Part shown: in pieces, positions 17,523-25,542 of the stretch | Layout of the letters: every line of letters begins with the position of its first letter | How positions within the stretch are numbered: the stretch's first letter is position 1 | UHGV virus genome: UHGV-0076294 | DNA from: a virus | DNA length: 64,000 nt | Strand: one strand, 5' to 3' | The notes under the pieces: generated by a model | Database searches by the model: none | Seen by the model: the letters and a program-made list of their open reading frames with translations, nothing else | What the model was told of the DNA's origin: nothing | Position numbers and translations under genes: made by a program

Positions 17523-18335
17523 ATGGATAACGAAGCAAAAGCAAAACTGCAACGAGACGAAGAAGAACGTGCGGGTAAACCGTTGCAAAAACTTTACTGG
17601 GAATATAAAACTCAGATTGGGTGGGAACCTAAAGATTATAAGCTTGCAGTTGCAAGACACATCCTGTCCCCTGATTTCCGCACACGTTCGAAGGCCGTTC
17701 TCGAAGATCGAGTACAACGCATCTCAACGAAACTTACCTCAGGTAACAACCGTGACTTACCAGTTGACCTCACGTGGCGAGGTTTCACGGAAGGGTTAGT
17801 GATTACCGGGGTGGAATCGTTGAGAATCTGTATAACGACTTACCGTGGACGTTTCCAGACAAAAACCATTTCTGAAGTCACCACACGAGTGCGTGACGAT
17901 CTTATCCGCTACGATTTTGAAGACTGTAACGAGAAACCGACGGCCAGTGCTAGTACGGAACTGAATCGTTTCTTCCGAGATTGTGCGGGGACAGCAAAGA
18001 CGATGGAGCACCCCCTTTCGAGACTCCTGTGGACAATCTTTGCGAATATCAAAATGACTTCGGATTGGTGGCATCGACTTTCAACGAACTATGTTAATAA
18101 TCCAGAGAACTGTCTTCCTATCGCTTCTAAACGCAATGACATGCGGCACAATATGCAGCACAACATGCGACTGAAAAAGAAGCTGTCTTGGAAATGGTTT
18201 ATGAGGATACTCAAGGCGATTGATGTGAAGAAATTCGATATTCTGTTGACGTTAAAACGCAAAAACGACAACAAGATTTACGAAGTCGTTCACACGGTTG
18301 ACCTCGAGGCTTATCAATTTCGGAGTACAGAATGA
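17523..18335 (+). CDS. hypothetical protein
   Basis: 270 aa from ATG 17523 (SD AAGGTGA 4-5 nt upstream). The track start at 17520 is GTG. Confidence 0.75.
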   Translation: MDNEAKAKLQRDEEERAGKPLQKLYWEYKTQIGWEPKDYKLAVARHILSPDFRTRSKAVLEDRVQRISTKLTSGNNRDLPVDLTWRGFTEGLVITGVESLRICITTYRGRFQTKTISEVTTRVRDDLIRYDFEDCNEKPTASASTELNRFFRDCAGTAKTMEHPLSRLLWTIFANIKMTSDWWHRLSTNYVNNPENCLPIASKRNDMRHNMQHNMRLKKKLSWKWFMRILKAIDVKKFDILLTLKRKNDNKIYEVVHTVDLEAYQFRSTE

Positions 18336-19606
18336 AACTCGATCAGATAACCGGCCAGATTAACAAAGGTCAATCGGCTATCGACAACTCGGTTAATACC
18401 GCGAAGAATGCGGTTAACCGAGTACAGTCTACGGTAGAGAACGCCGAACGTGGCATTCAGAATACCGTAGATAAAGTCAGCCAGCTTTCCGATCGTGCCG
18501 GTGAAACCTTTAACAAACTCATCAGCGGTGGAAGTGAACTGACCTCAAAAATCGGTAACCTATTCGGCGGTAGTGACATTGCCAGCGTGGGGGGTACCAA
18601 AACAGCAGGCAGCTCCACCTCCGGTGTTTCCCCAGGACAAAAAGTTCCTGGGTTTGCTTCTAACACTAAAGAGACACTACCTGTTCTCGATCCGCAGAAG
18701 CGTGATGTTTCAGAACCTTTCAAAAAGGTTAATGAGGAAGGGCTTAAAGCACTAGGGTATCTGTCACCCGGTGACTCAGGAAGTTTACTGGGCAAAGGTT
18801 GGGACAGCATTTCGTCGCTGAGTGATTCTCTTCTATCAGGAATTGGTACTGACTTCTCCTCCGTGAAGAAGCGTCTCGAAGGAACGCTGAATATCGCAGG
18901 TCAACTGGCTAAGCTTCCTTCAGAAATCAGTCATGAAGTCAACAACTTTATGTCTGAAGTCAACAGTATGCGTTACCAGATAACCTCGGTTATTGATGAC
19001 GTACAACACACGTTTGACAGCTATAAAGACCTTGACGATTTCTTAGCCATCGACAACTTGATTAACAGTTTCAAAGGCAGCGACAGTTTTTCAGCGTTAG
19101 ACATTAACACGTCGTCTGCTTTGATCTACGGTCTGTCTACGAAACTTAACAGTTACGGATTGCCTGCAAAAATCGACCCGATGATTCAGGCTATCAGTGA
19201 CGATCAAGCAAAAGAGGCGCTTTACGGGGAGCTGATGATTCAAGCTGCTGCTACCGGTAACTTGGACTCAACAGAATATTACCTGAACAAACTTCAGGAA
19301 GGTCAGGGCAAACAGATTGCGGAAACCGTGATTCAAAACATCATGGCTAACTTGCGTGTGGAAACCGGTACGAGTTTTAGTACGTACGGTACACGAATGT
19401 TAGCATTATTTAAAGCACTTGATGCCAAATGGGATAAAACGAAAAACGTTACTCCTGAAACTACCGAACTGAAACTTTATACTTACGCAGGCGCTAACGC
19501 GATACAAGCGCTGATGACCACCGAAAAACGTAACTACGTTTTAGCGGCAGGTAGTGTAAGTTATCAGTCTACCGATGAAATCGTGGAAGACTACTTTGCA
19601 ATCTAA
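18332..19606 (+). CDS. hypothetical protein, N-terminal amphipathic-helix repeats and Ser/Gly-rich linker (possible virion/internal protein)
   Basis: 424 aa with an ATGA overlap with the upstream gene. N-terminus NKGQSAIDNSVNTAKNAVNRVQSTVENAERGIQNTVDKV. Confidence 0.75.
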   Translation: MKLDQITGQINKGQSAIDNSVNTAKNAVNRVQSTVENAERGIQNTVDKVSQLSDRAGETFNKLISGGSELTSKIGNLFGGSDIASVGGTKTAGSSTSGVSPGQKVPGFASNTKETLPVLDPQKRDVSEPFKKVNEEGLKALGYLSPGDSGSLLGKGWDSISSLSDSLLSGIGTDFSSVKKRLEGTLNIAGQLAKLPSEISHEVNNFMSEVNSMRYQITSVIDDVQHTFDSYKDLDDFLAIDNLINSFKGSDSFSALDINTSSALIYGLSTKLNSYGLPAKIDPMIQAISDDQAKEALYGELMIQAAATGNLDSTEYYLNKLQEGQGKQIAETVIQNIMANLRVETGTSFSTYGTRMLALFKALDAKWDKTKNVTPETTELKLYTYAGANAIQALMTTEKRNYVLAAGSVSYQSTDEIVEDYFAI

Positions 19607-19616
19607 GAGGCCGGAT

Positions 19617-20438
19617 ATGTCCGAACCACAATTACTGCGCTCCGTATTAAAGAAAATCAAAAGTCAAAGTGAAGACATTCAATCACTGGCTTTAACGCTC
19701 GGTTATGCGCCGGGTGACTTACGTTCTAAATCCTACGTGAACGCGTCAAGCATTGTACTCACGCCTGATGAGCTCCTTGCTTATGTCCTATACCTGAGAC
19801 GGTTAGGCTATGTTTGTGCTTTACCTGAACAACTCCCGTTTACCGATGGGGTGAACCACATCAACTTTTACTCCAACGGTCGTACTACCGTGGGTAAGAT
19901 GATCAGTAACTTCTACGCGAAACCTGACGGGTCAAAATTCGACACGATACACGGTCAGTTCCTGACGTTAGAAGGTTACTATCACTACTTGCGTATCGTT
20001 GACTACATGTTACACATGGGTTACTCGATTAAAACGATGGGACGTCTGGAGACTGAATTTCCTGATATTCTTCGTTTACGTACGTTAACGGGTGCTGAGT
20101 GTATTCAGTTAGGTCGTCGATTAAAAGCGGCAATTTACGGGAAAACGGATTACCGTCCCGGTGAGTTTAGTAGCTACGCGACTGGCGCATTTAAGAATGC
20201 GCTGCTGCGTAAGTTGCACCTGTTGCAATACGACGGGTCTTGTTTAGGTAATACCCTGTCTTACTGCCATTCGATGAATCTTCCGTTCTTGCATTATTAC
20301 GTCATGAACGGTCGGGTGATTACACCACCACATTCTGAATGGCTTCCTAATCTGGTGGTTTCTATTGTTGAAAACATCGACTATAACGACTCGACGTTCG
20401 ATATTACGGACGTCAGTGAACGTATGGGATTAATCTAA
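19617..20438 (+). CDS. NADAR (YbiA/DUF1768-like) domain protein with N-terminal extension
   Basis: 273 aa from ATG 19617 (SD AAGAGG). HINFYSNGRTTVGKMISNFYAKPDG..IHGQFLTLEGYYHYLR aligns with E. coli YbiA INFYS..GDFSNFAAWPIKVDGKTWPTSEHYFQAQK. Downstream, QLGRRLK...AFKNALLRKL resembles ARMGRN..MRKALRAKF. Confidence 0.6.
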   Translation: MSEPQLLRSVLKKIKSQSEDIQSLALTLGYAPGDLRSKSYVNASSIVLTPDELLAYVLYLRRLGYVCALPEQLPFTDGVNHINFYSNGRTTVGKMISNFYAKPDGSKFDTIHGQFLTLEGYYHYLRIVDYMLHMGYSIKTMGRLETEFPDILRLRTLTGAECIQLGRRLKAAIYGKTDYRPGEFSSYATGAFKNALLRKLHLLQYDGSCLGNTLSYCHSMNLPFLHYYVMNGRVITPPHSEWLPNLVVSIVENIDYNDSTFDITDVSERMGLI

Positions 20439-21097
20439 TGGGATTGTTCGATACCCTAGCGCGGCTGGATAAAGCGCAGGAAGAAGAAATCATTCGTGTT
20501 GCTGGTGAGTCCATTAAACACGAAGTCGAAAAGGAATACTGCGTTTGGGTAAAACCTACGCAAGCGGGATGGGATTGGCTCCACGCACAAGAAGCCAAGA
20601 TGTTCATGGACATTCTCATGCCGATAGAAGGTGGGCGTCGTCGTATCCGTATTAAAGAAGACGGTACGGCACAGCTAACGCTTAAGCGTAAGTTCCAGGA
20701 CGGAAAGGTTGAAGAGAATTCGGATATCGGTATTAGTTCCGCACTCTCTTTTTACAAAGACGGTTATTTGGCACACCTGGTGAAACGTATTCACTTAGAG
20801 CCGGGTGAATTAGCCGAGAAAGGGGCTAAGCATTGGGATATTGATATTTTCACTATCACCACCGGACACCCTGCCATTGAAGTTTCAGCTGACTTTAACG
20901 ATCTCATCACCGAGATGCGTAGTAGCACCAGCGTTGGTGACTGGGTGAAAGTTGAACTGGAAGTCGAACGTTACGAGATTGCAGATGTGCTGTCTGTAAT
21001 TCCGTTTGAGTTTGACGGCCATATTCCGGCTACGCCGAAAGATCCTGAAGACCAAGAATATCTTCGTGATTACTGGGATTCAGTTACCCGTATGTAA
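20438..21097 (+). CDS. hypothetical protein; weak CYTH/triphosphate-tunnel-like pattern
   Basis: 219 aa with a TAATG overlap. HEVEKEY, RRRIRIKEDGTAQLTLKRK, VKRIHLEP..HWDIDIF and VKVELEVE follow the order of CYTH strand motifs (ExExK, RxR, T.K, K.R, D.f, ExE). The first motif is off-register. Confidence 0.3.
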   Translation: MGLFDTLARLDKAQEEEIIRVAGESIKHEVEKEYCVWVKPTQAGWDWLHAQEAKMFMDILMPIEGGRRRIRIKEDGTAQLTLKRKFQDGKVEENSDIGISSALSFYKDGYLAHLVKRIHLEPGELAEKGAKHWDIDIFTITTGHPAIEVSADFNDLITEMRSSTSVGDWVKVELEVERYEIADVLSVIPFEFDGHIPATPKDPEDQEYLRDYWDSVTRM

Positions 21098-21101
21098 CAC
21101 C

Positions 21102-21140
21102 TACCCTACTCCCAGACAGGAGTAGGGTATTTTCATTTTT
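21102..21140 (+). terminator. rho-independent terminator; stem identical to the one at 1777
   Basis: TACCCTACTCC cagaca GGAGTAGGGTA, then TTTTCATTTTT. Confidence 0.8.
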
Positions 21141-21160
21141 ACCCTAAAGGAGAATTTACC

Positions 21161-21529
21161 ATGCAAGCTCAGTTTTTTAATACCCCCAACGGGTTCGGTT
21201 TTAGATTCCCTGAATTTGTTTTACCAAAACAAGTTATTGAAGTACCCTTCCCCCGTTATGTGCTATTAGGACTGCGCACTGTACTTGCCAACTTTTCGGG
21301 AAAGACTGTGGAAATTCGTGTGTGGTCAGGTTCGGGAAGTCCTGGTGGTGTTTTGTTTGTCGATTACAATTGGATTAAAAGAACAGGTTTTCCGCTTGTA
21401 CGAAAAGTTGAAGCTGTACACGGATTATCCTTCCACACTCTACTAGGGGATTTATCGTTTCCTGAAACCGGCGATTATTCTTCTCCTGCGGATGACGAAT
21501 ACCAAATTCATCTTGTTTTGTTGAAATGA
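21161..21529 (+). CDS. hypothetical protein
   Basis: 122-aa ORF, SD AAAGGAG, directly after the terminator at 21102. Confidence 0.7.
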   Translation: MQAQFFNTPNGFGFRFPEFVLPKQVIEVPFPRYVLLGLRTVLANFSGKTVEIRVWSGSGSPGGVLFVDYNWIKRTGFPLVRKVEAVHGLSFHTLLGDLSFPETGDYSSPADDEYQIHLVLLK

Positions 21530-21589
21530 TTTTTACAGTTGGGAACAAACTTATGTCTCCCAAGACTGCGTTTAAGCGGAGAAACAATT

Positions 21590-22054
21590 ATGCGTGGATA
21601 TATTCTCGATCTTGCAATTTCTGTAGAAGAACTTGTGGAAAAACTCGGCGGTACCGGTCATGGGCTTCATGGGAAGACCAAAAGCATAGCTCATATTCTC
21701 GAACCAAAATACGAACGGAAACTCCACATGATTGCTTCCGTTCGCAACAAAGCCGCTCACAGGAGAATTCTTCCTGATCGCATAGACGACTATGAACAGG
21801 CTGTGGAAGAAACGAGGCTCTATTTAGAAGAGCTGATTGGGGAAGAAGAACGGAAACGTCGTTGTGAAGAGGAAATAAATCCCAGCTGTCTGGAACGCGA
21901 AGCGATGTGGAGAGAACGGGCAGACGAGGCCAAACGACGTAACGAAGAGAAAAGATGGGACGATATGAGTGTAATAGAAAAGATAGGTTGGGGTGCCGGT
22001 ATTGCAATCATGGGAGCTGCGGTTGCGTACCTTAAAATAAAGTCTCGTGACTAA
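21590..22054 (+). CDS. small HEPN/DUF4145-like protein (RNKAAH motif) with coiled-coil and C-terminal TM anchor
   Basis: 154 aa from ATG 21590 (SD GGAG 8 nt upstream). LHGKTKSIAHILEPKYERKLHMIASVRNKAAH fits the DUF4145/HEPN pattern and contains Rx4H (21743-21760). Charged EEERKRRCEEE region, then the hydrophobic helix IGWGAGIAIMGAAVAYL. Confidence 0.45.
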   Translation: MRGYILDLAISVEELVEKLGGTGHGLHGKTKSIAHILEPKYERKLHMIASVRNKAAHRRILPDRIDDYEQAVEETRLYLEELIGEEERKRRCEEEINPSCLEREAMWRERADEAKRRNEEKRWDDMSVIEKIGWGAGIAIMGAAVAYLKIKSRD

Positions 22055-22068
22055 ATCGGGTATCGGAA

Positions 22069-22614
22069 ATGAAACAAATACAGTTAACTGATCACGTTAA
22101 TGCGTTTAAACACTTTCTGGATAACGCGGGTATAAAACCTGGCGAACAGACAGACGCATGGACTGCACGTGTTTACGGAAGTATTGGCAAAGTCTGTGAG
22201 TCCACGACAACACAGGACGGGTTGTTTGTTGCTAAAGCAGTAGGTATTGCCTTGTGGGATATTGCTGCTTTGGTTTACGTGATGAATAACGGGGATTTAC
22301 GTCCCCTTGAAAAATCTTTACACCGACTACTGGCCATTAAGAAATGGAAAAATGAACATCCTGAGTCAATCGCGATTACGTTGATGCCAGAAGCGGTACT
22401 TGCTATCAAAGCGGTACGCAGTTGTACCGCCCGTGCACAAATGGAGCGTCGGTTACATCTCACGACGCTCTTTTATCAATTGGCCAGAATTGTAAAGATG
22501 AACGGCCTAATCTTCGACCGGGTTCTACAGAACGGACGTATAAGTTGGACAGAAGAACTAAGTAGTTCTCCGTTCTATACAAAACTGAAGCTTAAAGATA
22601 TTTTGAAGGATTAA
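22069..22614 (+). CDS. hypothetical protein
   Basis: 181-aa ORF, co-oriented, short spacers. Confidence 0.75.
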   Translation: MKQIQLTDHVNAFKHFLDNAGIKPGEQTDAWTARVYGSIGKVCESTTTQDGLFVAKAVGIALWDIAALVYVMNNGDLRPLEKSLHRLLAIKKWKNEHPESIAITLMPEAVLAIKAVRSCTARAQMERRLHLTTLFYQLARIVKMNGLIFDRVLQNGRISWTEELSSSPFYTKLKLKDILKD

Positions 22615-22615
22615 C

Positions 22616-22924
22616 ATGGAAAACTATTCGGGTTGGGCGATTTCGCAGTGCATTGGCTATTCTTTACGTTCTTTAGTGCGTACACTTTATAACAAAAACT
22701 CGGGTGAAGCTATTACACCGCAGTTATTGGGCAAACTGGAAGTCGAAGTTAACTATAAACTAAAACAGTTACTCGACAACCACGTAAGAACAATGCGTTG
22801 GGAGTTCTTGCTACGTGGTAAGAAGCCTTCAATTACCGTTGTAGCAGAAGGTAGTGAAATCGTACTGCAATCCAACGCAGACCTGTTTGAAATTTTAACT
22901 GAACTAGAAAAGGACAAAATCTAA
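22616..22924 (+). CDS. hypothetical protein
   Basis: 102-aa ORF; its stop overlaps the thyA start (TAATG). Confidence 0.7.
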   Translation: MENYSGWAISQCIGYSLRSLVRTLYNKNSGEAITPQLLGKLEVEVNYKLKQLLDNHVRTMRWEFLLRGKKPSITVVAEGSEIVLQSNADLFEILTELEKDKI

Positions 22925-23964
22925 TGAAACAGTATTTAGCGTTAATGCAAGACATTCTGGATAACGGCGTTGTCAAAAAAGACCGTACGGGCGTAGGGAC
23001 ACTTTCTGTATTTGGTCGCCAACTACGTTTTGACCTGAAAGAAGGTTTCCCATTAGTTACTACGAAAAAGGTTCACCTGAAAAGTATCATTCATGAACTG
23101 TTATGGTTCTTGAACGGTGACACTAACGTGAAGTACCTGCAAGAGAATGGGGTAAGAATCTGGAACGAGTGGGCGAATGAAGAAGGGGAATTAGGCCCTG
23201 TCTACGGACACCAGTGGCGAGAATGGATGGATACCAAACTGGTTTATCTTTGGGACGAGCGTAGCAAGGACGTATTGAGAAAACGAGGATATCGCTACGT
23301 TGGGACTATCGCAAAGGACGATCCTGAAGAAAGTATCGTTATTTATCGCAAATCTCACGACCAGATCAGCAAAGTTATCCAGCAACTTCGTGAAGACCCT
23401 GACTCCCGCCGTATTATCGTTAGTGCCTGGAACGTAGCCGACCTAGACGATATGGCACTTAACCCATGTCACAACTATTTCCAATTCTACACAACGGAAA
23501 TGACGTTGCCTGAACGACTGGATTGGTACGAAGTAAACGAACCGGAAAAATTTGCGAACGCACCACTTATTAATCACGAAGATATCGATAGCGAAGAACG
23601 ACTTCACGAAATTTTAGATCGTGAAGGTATCCCACGTCGTAAACTTTCGTGTTTTTACATGATGCGGAGCAACGATTACCTACTCGGCGCGCCGTTTAAC
23701 GTCGCTTCTTACGCGTTGTTAACCCACATGATTGCTCAACAACTCAATATGGTTCCAGACGAGTTAGTTTACAGTGGCGTGGACGTTCATCTGTACTCTA
23801 ACCATCTGGAGCAGGCAAAACTTCAACTTACTCGCGAACCTTACCCGCTACCTAAACTGGTTATCAAACGTAAACCTGATTCTATCTTCGATTACAAATA
23901 CGAAGACTTCGAATTGGTTGGATATCAATCGCACGACACAATTAAAGCTCCCATAGCTGTCTAA
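22924..23964 (+). CDS. thyA: thymidylate synthase (ThyA) with two insertions
   Basis: 346 aa, near-colinear with E. coli ThyA ([83 protein letters not shown]). Catalytic Cys (PCH) and the dUMP-specifying Asn (PFNVASY) are retained. Confidence 0.95.
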   Translation: MKQYLALMQDILDNGVVKKDRTGVGTLSVFGRQLRFDLKEGFPLVTTKKVHLKSIIHELLWFLNGDTNVKYLQENGVRIWNEWANEEGELGPVYGHQWREWMDTKLVYLWDERSKDVLRKRGYRYVGTIAKDDPEESIVIYRKSHDQISKVIQQLREDPDSRRIIVSAWNVADLDDMALNPCHNYFQFYTTEMTLPERLDWYEVNEPEKFANAPLINHEDIDSEERLHEILDREGIPRRKLSCFYMMRSNDYLLGAPFNVASYALLTHMIAQQLNMVPDELVYSGVDVHLYSNHLEQAKLQLTREPYPLPKLVIKRKPDSIFDYKYEDFELVGYQSHDTIKAPIAV

Positions 23965-23971
23965 GGGGTAC

Positions 23972-24268
23972 ATGATGATTAATGAGAAATCGTACGCGGA
24001 GTTAACTTCTTTCGGTATTAGTCGATTAGCTGAACTAAAAACTATCACCGAGCGTGCCGGAATAGCATTGCAGGCCAAAGGTAAGTTTGATCAAGGCGAT
24101 ATCGAAATCTTAGAAAAGATTTCGGCAACGTTAAAAGACTTACGTGTATTGAATATTCTTGTTGGTAAATTGGGTGGCCTAAGTAACAAGAAATTGGCCG
24201 AAATACACGGAGTGACGCCAAGCCGAATATCTCAAATCATCAGCAAGGCCAAACGAGATTTTCAATAA
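23972..24268 (+). CDS. small HTH protein (sigma-70 region-4-like C-terminus)
   Basis: 98 aa. The C-terminal LSNKKLAEIHGVTPSRISQIISKAKRDF is a typical r4/LuxR-type helix-turn-helix. Confidence 0.55.
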   Translation: MMINEKSYAELTSFGISRLAELKTITERAGIALQAKGKFDQGDIEILEKISATLKDLRVLNILVGKLGGLSNKKLAEIHGVTPSRISQIISKAKRDFQ

Positions 24269-24302
24269 GGTTATTTCGCTTGTAGTTAAAAGGAACATTG
24301 AA

Positions 24303-24749
24303 ATGTCTAAAACTCATGTTAACTATAACATCGTAGTAGAAGAATTATCAAAAGGTTTAACCGACCTGGATTCTAAAGATAACCCATTTACCGATCGTTA
24401 TGGAGCCAAAGCTTTATCTGAGTTCCGTACTATCCGCTACGGTACAGGTAGACAGACAGGGCTTACAGACTTTGCTGTCGAGTTAGCTAAGAACCATAAA
24501 GGGAAGGTATTATTCGTTAATCCAAAAGGGTTCTTAGAGGACGATGTGCTATTCCGTTTGGGTCTCGAAGACTTACCGGAGAATATCACCCAAATCATTG
24601 GTTACCAAATGGGTACAGAAAAAGAAAAATACAGCCTTGTTATTGTAGACAACGCTGGGGTTTTCTTTAGCATTTTCCGTTACATGAAGTTCTTTCGCTT
24701 ACTGGCAAACTCAGTAACTAAAGACGTCGTAATACATTTAATGGGTTAA
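24303..24749 (+). CDS. hypothetical protein with degenerate P-loop (GTGRQTGLT) and Walker-B-like LVIVDNA
   Basis: 148-aa ORF, SD AAAGGA. The Walker A lysine position is Leu. Confidence 0.7.
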   Translation: MSKTHVNYNIVVEELSKGLTDLDSKDNPFTDRYGAKALSEFRTIRYGTGRQTGLTDFAVELAKNHKGKVLFVNPKGFLEDDVLFRLGLEDLPENITQIIGYQMGTEKEKYSLVIVDNAGVFFSIFRYMKFFRLLANSVTKDVVIHLMG

Positions 24750-24767
24750 TCAGTGGGGGTTAGTTCT

Positions 24768-24938
24768 ATGGAAGAATTAGAGGCGGTTCCCTGTTACATT
24801 CCTAGAAGAGGTGTTATAAAAGAATGTTTCATCGATCGTATTTTGATCTCTCGTATCAAGAAAGGTCCAAGAAAACATCAAACCAAGAAGGTATTTATTT
24901 ATAAATACTTCGAAAAGATTCTATTCCAACCTTACTGA
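24768..24938 (+). CDS. small basic protein, KGPxK family member 1
   Basis: 56 aa from ATG 24768 (G-rich SD 8 nt upstream; the track start GTG 24753 is the alternative). Motif RIKKGPRKHQTKKVFI. Confidence 0.6.
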   Translation: MEELEAVPCYIPRRGVIKECFIDRILISRIKKGPRKHQTKKVFIYKYFEKILFQPY

Positions 24939-24966
24939 CTAAATTAACTCAGGGAGTAAATTTGCT

Positions 24967-25164
24967 ATGTTAGACGATGTTCTTAATTTCACGATAATGT
25001 ATTTCGAACCGAAGAAGTTCCGTACTATCGCCACACGTTACTGTAAAGGGCCGAACAAAGGACGTAAACGTTTCCAAGTAATTCAACTTGATTATTCCAA
25101 GTTCCTTGTAGCTAATCCATTCGAGCGGAAACCTAATGAAGAAACTGGATTTGGTCAAAATTGA
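24967..25164 (+). CDS. small basic protein, KGPxK family member 2
   Basis: 65 aa, SD GGGAG. Motif RYCKGPNKGRKRFQVI. Confidence 0.6.
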   Translation: MLDDVLNFTIMYFEPKKFRTIATRYCKGPNKGRKRFQVIQLDYSKFLVANPFERKPNEETGFGQN

Positions 25165-25351
25165 TTATCTCGTTGGAGGGGTAATTTTTATCGGTTACGC
25201 GCATAAACGCAAAGGTCCTGGTAAATCCAGGACTCGCGGGTTCCGTATAGTGAAAAGAAACCATAATATTAATCCTCTAATAATGGTCTTAGGAAAGCTA
25301 ACCTTTTTAATTTCAAAACGTGTGCCATCTTTGGTAAAATTTGGAGAGTAA
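25136..25351 (+). CDS. small basic protein, KGPxK family member 3
   Basis: 71 aa, overlapping the upstream gene by 29 nt. Motif HKRKGPGKSRTRGFRIV. Confidence 0.55.
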   Translation: MKKLDLVKIDYLVGGVIFIGYAHKRKGPGKSRTRGFRIVKRNHNINPLIMVLGKLTFLISKRVPSLVKFGE

Positions 25352-25353
25352 AA

Positions 25354-25497
25354 ATGACTGAAGAAGTTAAAGTAGAAACCGTTAAAGAAACTGACGAATT
25401 TGCAATCCCTGGCTTAGACCCGGAAGCTACTGTAGAGAAGGGTGCTGACCCAACCACGGAAGACGATAACTGCTCAGGCGGGGCTTGCAAAATTTAA
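25354..25497 (+). CDS. 47-aa highly acidic peptide ending in CSGGACKI (below the ORF-track size cut-off)
   Basis: ATG 25354 with SD GGAGAG 5 nt upstream, 2 nt after the upstream stop. Translation: MTEEVKVETVKETDEFAIPGLDPEATVEKGADPTTEDDNCSGGACKI*. Followed by the hairpin at 25506. Confidence 0.55.
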   Translation: MTEEVKVETVKETDEFAIPGLDPEATVEKGADPTTEDDNCSGGACKI

Positions 25498-25505
25498 CAG
25501 TTCAC

Positions 25506-25542
25506 GGGGTGCTTATGTAGCACCCCTAATCCTTATTCTTTT
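25506..25542 (+). terminator. hairpin/terminator closing the small-gene islet
   Basis: GGGGTGCT tatgt AGCACCCC. The T-run (CTTTTTT) begins about 10 nt downstream, so efficiency is uncertain. Confidence 0.5.

Noticed and set aside
21161-21529. MNT-type nucleotidyltransferase antitoxin partner for the HEPN-like protein
   Set aside because: The segment WSGSGSPGGVLFVDYN only superficially resembles the GSx10-SDxD motif. There is no paired Asp and no supporting helices.
21526-21777. 83-aa alternative-frame ORF and the TTG-extended 171-aa version at 21539
   Set aside because: ATG 21590 with GGAG 8 nt upstream gives the HEPN-like product. The alternatives lack SDs, and the 83-aa frame is Arg/Ser-rich noise.
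25269-25490. 73-aa minus-strand ORF
   Set aside because: It is antisense within a plus-strand operon, lacks an SD and is Ser/Val-rich. The plus-strand 47-aa ORF has an SD, coupling to the upstream stop and a downstream hairpin.
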